NCBI GenBank assembly: GCA_016906335.1 | Contig: JADEYG010000015.1 | Span: 1,297,566-1,317,565, forward strand | Origin: Novakomyces olei | Lineage: Eukaryota | Direction: 5' to 3' | Length of the DNA: 20,000 nt | Shown: positions 10,554 to 19,230 of the stretch, one piece after another | Numbering within the stretch: position 1 is the first letter of the stretch | Layout: the number at the start of each line of letters is the position of its first letter | Notes under the pieces: generated by a model | What the model was told of the DNA's origin: nothing | What the model saw: the letters and a program-made list of their open reading frames with translations, nothing else | Databases searched by the model: none | Position numbers and translations under genes: made by a program

Positions 10554-10930
10554 ATGTCGGCAGCGGATTTTGAGCAGTTGAATAGGTTTCTTGAGCAAAC
10601 CACAGCGCGTTTGGAACGGCTGGAGAAAGAGAACCGCACTCTCGCTGACCAACTCGGTATCGCTAAGGGAACCGTGCAGGAACGAGGGTCGAAGGAGCCT
10701 AAAATGGCACCACCACCATTCTTTTCCGGCGAACGCTCGAAAACTGGTGAATTTTTGACCTGCGTGAGGATGATTATTGGCAGTCAACCAGATCGCTATC
10801 GCTCGGCGCGACAGCAAGTGATGTTTGCGGCGTCTTACCTTCGCGGAGCGGCTTTCAGATGGTTTGAGCCTCATGTGAGAAACGAAAATGAAGTTATTCT
10901 CGACGATTTTGATTGTTTTTGTGACACGCT
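10554..10930 (+). pseudogene. Truncated gypsy gag (ORF runs on into foreign DNA to 11009)
   Basis: EPKMAPPPFFSGERSKT...[23 protein letters not shown]...ILDDFD aligns with the element 1 gag; similarity stops after CDTL near 10930. Confidence 0.88.
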
Positions 10931-11227
10931 CTATACATATTCCTGCGCGAATTACGCCGTAATTCGAAATATATGTATCGTAGTTTTTATTAGCTATATT
11001 TTTTGTTAGGGTGTTCTACGTAGAATTACGGCGTAATTCCAGTTTGAAAATTAATTAATGTATGGGAGGGGGGTCATGTGAATTTGCTGCTCGTCGTCGC
11101 GAATTACGGCGTAATTCTAATAAGAATTGAATAACAAATAGTCAAACAGGGTTTTCGAGGGTAGATTTTACTGCATAATTCCAGGTTAATATATGGTAAA
11201 AATCGCGACGACGGAAAGGAAATTCAC
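10931..11227 (+). repeat. Subtelomeric module copy A: palindrome array plus long inverted repeat, upstream of the TLH gene
   Basis: GAATTACG-N-CGTAATTC at 10949, 11023 and 11101; inverted arms 11078-11102 / 11203-11227; alignable with 16234-16532. Confidence 0.85.
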
Positions 11228-11316
11228 ACTATTAATAATAAGATTCGCATTATATCGAAAATAGATTACAGCATGTTTCTAGTAGTAATTAAAGACTTGA
11301 ACAGATATACTCAGTC

Positions 11317-14300
11317 ATGGAGTACTTGGGAATCGAGGAGGCCTTTGGTTTAAAGGTAGTTGCTTGCAAGGCTTGTCGGGCATGCGTAAAGGTCGAGGTT
11401 GGAACCAACGCAGCCGAAAGGCATTTGCGTCAGGCGCATAAGCTAAAGTCAACTGAACTTCAAATTGCACTTTCTGTAATTAATGCAAACGACGTGAATA
11501 TCGCTCCTGTTTTGAATATATATTGGAGCACGCCGAGCCTGCGTGAAGTGGTTGAACCGTTATTATTTCTAAAGGTTTGCCAAGGCTACTACTGCAGTTT
11601 TTGCTATGATGCTGCTTCAACATCGCGAAAGGTCATTGAGCAGCATATCTCAAAAGAACATACTGTTCGAACATCAAAAGATCATATTGTTTGTTCACCC
11701 CTACAAACTTGTTTTACAGAGAATCAATTTCTGAAATATTTTCGTGTTGCTGCGAAAGATGGTTTAAAACCAAGCTCAAATTCAGCCGCGGAGGGCGTTG
11801 TAGGAAAGTTCTTGGAAAAGACCCTTATAACCCTTCCCAGTGCTGCAACAGAAAGTGATGTCGATCAAAGAGACATTCCACCGTGGGTCACGAAGTTTGG
11901 GTTTGATCGAGTCTGTTTACAAACGGAAAACCTGAGCAATTTCGAATCCACAGTGCTTGACAGTATTGATGAACAAATCGAGCTTTTATATAACAATATA
12001 TTTGATGAAAGCAATATGAAAATGACTTCAGCTATGGCGACTAGACTGAGTAGTTTTGTGCCGGACAATTCTGGACGAGTGCGCCACTTTCGACGAACAA
12101 CTTTACCTGCGACTAAGAAAAGATATTTTTCGTACTGGGCTCAGGCAATTCGATTTTTCATTACTCGACTGATGTTGAACTGTGACGACGCTCAAAGGGC
12201 TAATGTCGAGGGGACTGTACTTGCAATCAAAGCTGGTCTATTTGATACTGCGCGACGGTTTCTTTTTTATATTGGTTTATATCTTTTAAAACAACCAATT
12301 AAAAACAACGATTTTGATTCTGCACTCTTAAGCTTTTGTGCATCATGTGCTTATTTATATCAAGGAGATGCTTCAAAAGGCTGGAAACCGCCTAATGGAT
12401 TTAATACGATATTATCTGGATTGATTTACTGCGCTCAATTAACTTTGTTTGAAGAGGCTTGCTCGCAGCCGGGAGAGGCTAGTTCAAACTTGGACATTTT
12501 AGTTGAGCAGTTTCTCAACCCATCAAGAAGTACTGCGGTTGGAGTTCTTCTTAATTGGAGAGCTTATCTTTTTCAGTATACAAAATATTATGTTAATCCG
12601 CACCAATGTACCTGGGATATTGCAGAGAGAGAAGTCTCTTACAGAGGAAGTTCTCTACGAATGGCCGAAATCACAATTTTATACAAACGCGCAGTTTTGG
12701 CAGCCTACGGAATTTTAAGCGACAGTCTTTTGTTTGGAATCAACTACAAATTTCTTTCGACAAAATCTCTTCGTGATTTAATTCATATTTCACAGCCTGG
12801 CTACTGGTTTGGGATAGCAGCTGAAAACAAACATTATTTAAAAGAACATGAAAACTGGCTCGTTCGTCTATTGCAATCAAATACACGTCTAACAACTTAT
12901 TTTCATAACGGAACAGGAGACTGGGACAAATCAGCCATTGCGCGGTATTTGGCTGCGGTACACACATTTTTGCGATGGATATGGACACTATTAACAATAT
13001 CAGCGCCCCCATTGCGCGGTACGGAAACCATAACTATATGGTTCAGAAATGGAAGGAGAGGGCGAAATATATTATTAAAGATGGACAGATGCTAGTATAT
13101 ACAACCTATACTAAAACACAAAACATTACTGGGCGCCCGCGAGTCCTTGCACGGTTTCTAACTCACGAAGTGGGGAACTTGGTTCTGAATTATTTGATTT
13201 ATATTCAACCGTTTACTGAATACTTACAGGGTGTCCTCGGGAACGCACTATCTCAAACGGCATTATTTGTGTCACATGGAAAGGAATGGGACGGTAAGTG
13301 CCTTTCTCGGTACTTCGAGCAGTCTTGCGCACATGCAAGTGTTCCAACGTTGTCAATATCTGCCTGGCGGCAGATTGCTTCGTCCATTATAAATGTCAAA
13401 TTCTCAAAACACATCGCAGACGTTGAGGACAACAGTGACGATGATGAAGGTCTTACTATGACTCATAATGCTGTCAATTTAATACACCTATCGAATCACA
13501 GTGTCGCAACACACAGTACAATGTACGGAAACAGTAGCGGTTTGAAGAATACGGCTGATCTTTGGCTCAACCATAGTTGGAAGGCGTGTCAGTCATGGGC
13601 GGATTTCTTCAAAATGTCTGAACAATATATTCATGCTACGGACAAGATCGAAAATACTAAAGCAGTACCAGAAGATTTGGAAGTCTCCATTGGTCAACTG
13701 AAAAAGAATGCATTTAGAAAAGCAAAAGAGCTGTTTGGTTCTGATTTTGAATTCCGTGCTGCAATACAGGCGGATGCTATTGTAGCAGTTGCCCGAAAGG
13801 TACAGGAAATAGTTATTGTATTTCCTACTGGGTTTGGAAAGACATGTGTAATCCAGGTTGCAGCTTGCTTGCCGCAAGCTTCATGCACAGTGATGGTTTA
13901 CCATTTGTGGCGTTGATGATTGATGTGGAACGTCGGTCCAAACTAGTGGGGATCGACACTGGAATATGGACCGCGAATGATTCGCCGCAAAAGTTTTATC
14001 GCTTAACCTTGATGTCGGTGGAGACAGCTGTGTCGGACTCGGGACGGCAATATTTAACACTTTTACGCCAAAGAGGAATTCTTGATCGATTGGTAGTCGA
14101 TGAATGCCATTTGGCATTTACTACGTCATACAGAAAGGCAATTCAACAAATACCTAGTTTAAGACTATTGGATGTACCAATAGTGCTCTTGTCGGCAACG
14201 CTTCCTCCGTGCAAAAGGAGCGAATTTATAGACCATTTTGTGCTAGAGAATCCGACTTGGTTTAAAGTACGATGTCGTAGACACAACATTGTTTACAAAG

Positions 14301-15421
14301 CGAGGCAAGCTACTGGAGCACTACAGTCCGAAGTAATAAATACTCTGAAACAATTTGAATTCAAAGATGAAGATGATCGCGTAATGTGTATCGCAAGAAC
14401 AAAGTCAGACGCCGAAACAATTGCTATTGCTAGTCGTGCGCATTGCATAACATCAAAGCTTAGCTTTGCTGAGAAGGCTGGAATAATAAATCGGTGGATA
14501 TTAGGTGAGAAAAGCAAAGTATTAGTTGGAACGACTGCTATTGGAACTGGTGTTGATTTCCAACATGTGAGACTGGTTGTGCATGCCAAAGCGCCTTACA
14601 GTTTGGTAGACTATTTCCAAGAATCAGGACGTGCTGGAAGAGATGGCAGAAGAGCCGAGAGCCTAATCATATTTAGTGAGGATGATCTAAGCACAATGGA
14701 GAAACCATTGAGAAGATATGTACATGAAACAGAGTGCAGGAGATTAGTACTAGACAGATATTTCAACGACTATGATGAAGACTTAGCGCGATGTCAGACG
14801 GACGAGAATCATTGTGACTTATGTCAGATGTCGAAGCGCCGCAAGGTCCGGGCTGAAGCAAACGAGAGGCAGCCCGATTGCCGATATGGTCGACAAGCCG
14901 TGTTACAGAGAGATCGGTCGAACATCATAATTGCTGAAGATATTCACAATTTAATGCTTTATCTTTCAGACAAATGTGTTTTGTGTCTCCTTTCCGGTGC
15001 TAGTCAGTACTCACACGGCTTTGGCCAATGCCGGAACAGGATAAAGTTTTTGTACTTGGACGCCAAAAGAACAGTATTGAAAGCAAATCAGCGAAATTGG
15101 ATAAAATCTGGGAGCGTTTGCTATCGGTGCTACCTACCTCAAACAATATGTCGGACGGCATTTGAGAAAGAGGAACGGCAATGTCAATATTCAGACAAGA
15201 TCATGCCATCGTTATTTACTATATTTGAATTAGCACACGAAAAATTAGAAATGAAAGACAAACTAAAAACCTGGACTGGTGAAGCTTTACCGGCCAAAGG
15301 CACAGCATGCTTATTGTGGGCCGGTCAAATCACAATCGGTCCCACACAAATAGCGGGTGTAAAGTTCGTGCATTGGTATTTCAGCAATGACAGGCCAACC
15401 AAAATGGCGGAACAAAAGTAG
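11317..15421 (+). CDS. Telomere-linked RecQ helicase (TLH-like) with N-terminal C2H2 fingers and a putative tyrosine-recombinase-like domain; two frameshifts (about 13072 and 13898)
   Basis: Joins ORFs 11317-13095, 12975-13916 and 13844-15421. CKAC..HLRQAH and CSFC..HISKEH fingers; Walker A PTGFGKT; VVDECH; LLSATLP; GTGVDF..VRLVVH; YFQESGRAGRDG; RecQ Zn motif CRR..YF..C..CDLC; C-terminal Cys clusters. Adding one T at each shift gives a single 1368-aa protein. Confidence 0.88.
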
Positions 15422-15604
15422 TTTGTTGGATCTAATTTATCTTCATTTATTGTATTAATATGTGATTCAACGTATGCAGGATTCATAGATATAATGGAAA
15501 ATTTATGAATTGAAACCTATTATATGTCGAGTGTGGCATCACGAATTTATTCAACTATAACTATAGTATGGAGAGCAATTTTATAAGTAATGCGCAAGTT
15601 ATGC

Positions 15605-15692
15605 AATAATGTATGGAGGATTATTGTATGGAGTATTATTGTATGAAGATTATTGTATGAGGATTAATAAATGGAGGATTAATGTATGGAGG
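15605..15692 (+). repeat. Short degenerate tandem repeat (about 15-bp unit GTATGGAGGATTATT)
   Basis: About 5-6 imperfect copies; same family as the 17-kb minisatellite. Confidence 0.7.
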
Positions 15693-15773
15693 ACCCTAAT
15701 TCCAAATCATTGGCAATCCATATTGCAGCGAGGGTAGGGTTGCTGAACTTATAAATTATAATTATTATACAAG

Positions 15774-16060
15774 ACGTACATATTCCAGCGCGCATTACGC
15801 CTAGCTATTATTACTAGCGACATTTCGACGAAATGTCAGCTGGTATTATTTTTTTTGTATAATAATTGCATTATGTCTAAAATTCGAGAAAACCCTATCA
15901 CTGATATTTCGGCGAAATGTCGCAAGGCGCTAGTGGATTGCCATATATTAAACTGCGAAAAGTTCCCCTAAAAAAGTTGCGACATTTCGACGAAATATCG
16001 CTGAATACAGCGATGCTATTGGATAATACAGTAGCGCAAGCTGAATATCGACGAAATATT
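15774..16060 (+). repeat. Diverged module copy with GACATTTCG-N-CGAAATGTC palindromes
   Basis: Starts with TACATATTCCAGCGCGCATTACGCC (23/25 identical to 10934-10958); palindromes at 15819-15837, 15903-15921, 15981-15999 and a degenerate one at 16044-16060. Confidence 0.8.
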
Positions 16061-16232
16061 GATAGGCTGTGGATTTTTGATAAATTCATCACAGCCATTG
16101 CTTGGGGTAGGGTAAGGGTATATTATAAATAATAATATTATTGCATCGCACATGGCACATAGTATAGTTATCTGATAATATAATATAGTTATTATGGAGA
16201 GAGCACCATAGTAATAGAGTATAATAAGAAAA

Positions 16233-17004
16233 ACTAGATATATTCAAGACGGAATTATGGCGAAATTCCATTTTTATGTAATGCGATTCTTATTATGTAT
16301 AATTCTAGTCAGGGTTTTCGCTTTTCCTTTACGCCATAATTCCATTTCGAAAAATAATTAATGTATGAGGGGGGGGTCATGCCAATTTCCTTAGCATTCC
16401 CGCGAATTATGGCGTAATTCTAATAAGAATGGTAGGAGAAACGTGGAGGCAGGGTTTTTTAGGGAGAATTTTCCGACTAAATTCCAAATTATAATATGGG
16501 AAATTGCGCGGGAATGCTAAGGAAATTGGCATAAACGGGGGTAAGAACGACGTAAGAGCAAAAATAGTTTCCGCCTTAATTCCAAAACATTGGCAAACCA
16601 TATTGCGGCGAGGGTAGGGTTGCTGAATTTATAAAATATAATTATTATACAAGATGGTCTACACATATTATAGCTATCTGATAATATAATAAAATATTAT
16701 AGAGAGAGCCCCATAGTAATAAAGTATAATAAGAAAAACGTCAGAAAAATAAGAAAAATTAAGAGTGTGTAGTCCATGTGTAGAGGTGACAAAACGTCGA
16801 ATGAACAAGTGTTTTTACAAAAAGTGTATGGTTGGATAGAGGGGTGCAGTAGGAGTGTAAATATATACTTGTTTACAAGATTGGATTAGTAATTATGGAA
16901 ATATATGGGTTTAAAGATTTATAAAAAGCTCATGACGGCGCAGGATGCATTTTATGTGGCATTATAATAATGTATAGTAGAATAATTTATTGTAAAGCAA
17001 TGTA
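16233..17004 (+). repeat. Subtelomeric long repeat copy B (near-identical to 19229-20000)
   Basis: Direct repeat at an offset of about 2995-2996 bp with only a few differences; identical spurious ORFs at 16407 and 19402. Confidence 0.95.
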
Positions 17005-17600
17005 TGTATAATAATGTATAGTATAATAATGTATGGTAATTTAATGTATAGGAATAATGTATGTATAATAATGTATGGTATAATAATGTATGGTATAATA
17101 ATATATGGTAGAATAATGTATTGTAAAGTTATTGTAAAGTAATGTATGTATAATAATGTATGGAGGAATAATGTATGGAGGAATAATGTATGTATAATAA
17201 TGTGTGGTATAATAATATATGGTAAAATAATGTATTGTAAAGTGAATAATGTATGTATAATAATGTATGGTATAATAATGTATTGTAAAGTAAAGTATGT
17301 ATAATAATGTATGGTAAATAATATATGGTAGAATAATGTATTGTAAAGTTATTGTAAAGTAATGTATGTATAATAATATATGGTAGAATCATATGGTATA
17401 ATAATATATGGCATTATAATGTATGGTATAATAATATATGGTGGAATAATGTATGGAGGAATAATGTATGTATAATAATGTATGGTATAATAATATATGG
17501 GGGATTAATGTATGGGAATAATGTATGGGGAATTAATGTATGGGGGATTAATGTATGGAGAATAATGTGTATGGGGGAATAATGTATGGGGGAATAATGT
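16961..17600 (+). repeat. AT-rich minisatellite, 13-15 bp unit TAATAATGTATGG(TA)
   Basis: Dozens of imperfect tandem copies, drifting to the G-richer variant GGGGAATAATGTAT at the 3' end. Confidence 0.92.
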
Positions 17601-17614
17601 ACGGTGATATTTAT

Positions 17615-18390
17615 TTAGGGTTAGGGTTATTTATGATCGAATGGAGTAGAGAATTATATTGAGATTGTTGGATATGAAAGGGAGGGAGAGAGTTGGAGTT
17701 GAGATAGGAAGTAAAGGGAAATAGAAAATGGGAATAGAGTAATGTAGAAGTTGCCAAAAAAATGTTTGATAAAGGACAGTTATTGAAAGGAAGATTGTTT
17801 TAATATTATTTAGTATTTTATAATATTTGGTTAAAGTTTAGAAAGGATCAAATAAAAATGATGATGTAAAAGTTTTAAAAGGGCGGAAAATGTGAATAAT
17901 AATAGATTGAAGGGGTGTGAGGGGATGTGGAAAAGTGATGGGAGATGAAGAAAGAAAGATTTTGGAAGAGTTGAGGGAAGCAGATGGAAGTTGATGGAGT
18001 TAGGAGGTAGGGCTATGGTTAAAGTGAGAAGAATTAGGGTTATTTAGTTCTAAGTGTATGAATGTTAGGGTTAGTAATTTATTATAAGAGAATGATAGCA
18101 TGTTGGGGGAAGAAGTTTATAAAATAGAGAATGGTAATGGGGGTTAGGGTTATGGAGGAATAATGTTTGGTAAAATGATGTATGGGGATTAATGTATGGG
18201 GGAATAATGTATGTAGGAATGTATATGGTATAAATATAAGTATTTATTAAGCATGGAGACTAATATAAATATATTCAAAAAATATATATTCAAGACGAAG
18301 CTATTGCGAAATTTCATTTATGTGTAATGTAATTCTTAGTCTGGGTTAGGGTTAGTCAGGGGGTAGTCAGGGGTTAGTTAGGGTTAGTTA
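17615..18390 (+). repeat. G-rich, C-poor tract with interspersed telomere-like TTAGGG and variants
   Basis: TTAGGGTTAGGG at 17615-17626; single copies near 18034, 18064 and 18144; cluster GGGTTAGGGTTAGTCAGGGGGTAGTCAGGGGTTAGTTAGGGTTAG at about 18343-18387. Confidence 0.7.
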
Positions 18391-18613
18391 CTAATGGTGA
18401 AATTTAGGTAGGGTTGGGCAAAAACTTAGGGAAAATTTTTCGAGGTAGGAAATTTGAGATGCGATTCTTATGCGGAAGCTTTGTATGGAGGTTGCTACGC
18501 GTCCAGTTATTTGTTGTGTAGACAAACAATGAGCGTTGCTATAAACAATGGTTTCCTTGGCAACGTATTGCTTATAGCTTGACGAAGACGCATCGTAAGC
18601 ACCATTGACGGCA

Positions 18614-19010
18614 AGGGTAGGGTTGTTGGATTTATAAATATAATTATTATACAATATGGGCTGCACATATTATAGTTATCTGATAATATAATATAAATAT
18701 TATAGAGAGAGCACCATAGTAATAGAGTATAATAAGAAATACGTCAGAAAAATAAGAAAAATTAAGAGTGTGTAGTCCATGTGTAGAGGTGACAAAACAT
18801 CGAAAGAACAAGCGTTTTTACAAAAAGTGTATGGTTGGATAGAGGGGAGCAGTAGGAGTGTAAATATATATTTGTTTACAAGATTGGATTAGTAGGTATA
18901 AAGATATAGGGCTTTAAAGATTCATAAAAAGCTCATGATGCCCCAGGATGTATTTTATGGGTCGTGTCTATTGTAATAATTTATTGTAAAGTAATGTATG
19001 TATAATAATC
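18614..19010 (+). repeat. Diverged copy of the 3' half of the long repeat (homologous to about 16611-17010)
   Basis: AGGGTAGGGTTG...CTGATAATATA...GAGAGAGCACCATAG...GTCAGAAAAATAAG...GTCCATGTGTAGAGGTGAC...AAAAAGCTCATGA, all collinear. Confidence 0.9.
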
Positions 19011-19052
19011 TCCATTAACGGAAATAATTTACAACAATGTCTGGAGCTAGTG

Positions 19053-19230
19053 TGTTAGGGGGTGACTCAATACAAAGTAATCTTAAGTCGGCCAAGATCA
19101 CACGTTGGCCTTGACAGGGAATAGCAAAAGGATAGGCAGATAGAAGAACTAATCTCAAGACACTTATATTAAGCGGAACCTTGGTTGTTGTAACGCCCCG
19201 AACCCAGTAGAAGAACTCCTCTTCTTATAC
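19053..19230 (-). mobile_element. Partial gypsy LTR (TATA to U5 end), related to LTR1, inverted
   Basis: 19053-19066 is the exact reverse complement of LTR1 end GTCACCCCCTAACA (7892-7905). The minus strand TATAAGAAGAGGAGTTCTTCTACT resembles LTR1 TATAAATAGAGGCTTGTCTTCTACT. Confidence 0.72.

Larger units (their letters stand above)
10124..10930 (+). mobile_element. Ty3/gypsy LTR retrotransposon 2: 5' LTR plus gag N-terminus only
   Basis: LTR TGTTA (10124)...TAACA (10515); the gag is clearly homologous to that of element 1. Confidence 0.88.

Noticed and set aside
10949-11117. Palindromic repeats with unique spacers resembling a CRISPR array
   Set aside because: Eukaryotic context, only 3-4 units of 17 bp with about 60-bp spacers, partly homologous spacers between arrays, and no cas genes.
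11317-15421. Three separate genes or an intron-containing gene; Sgs1 orthologue; Helitron
   Set aside because: Single-base corrections restore conserved motifs with no sequence to splice out. No HRDC domain or Sgs1-like layout is evident. The helicase is SF2 RecQ (DECH), not PIF1 with an HUH Rep domain.
19022-19036. AATAATTTACAACA resembling the copia LTR 3' end
   Set aside because: Short AT-rich match with no further similarity or PBS; cannot be supported.
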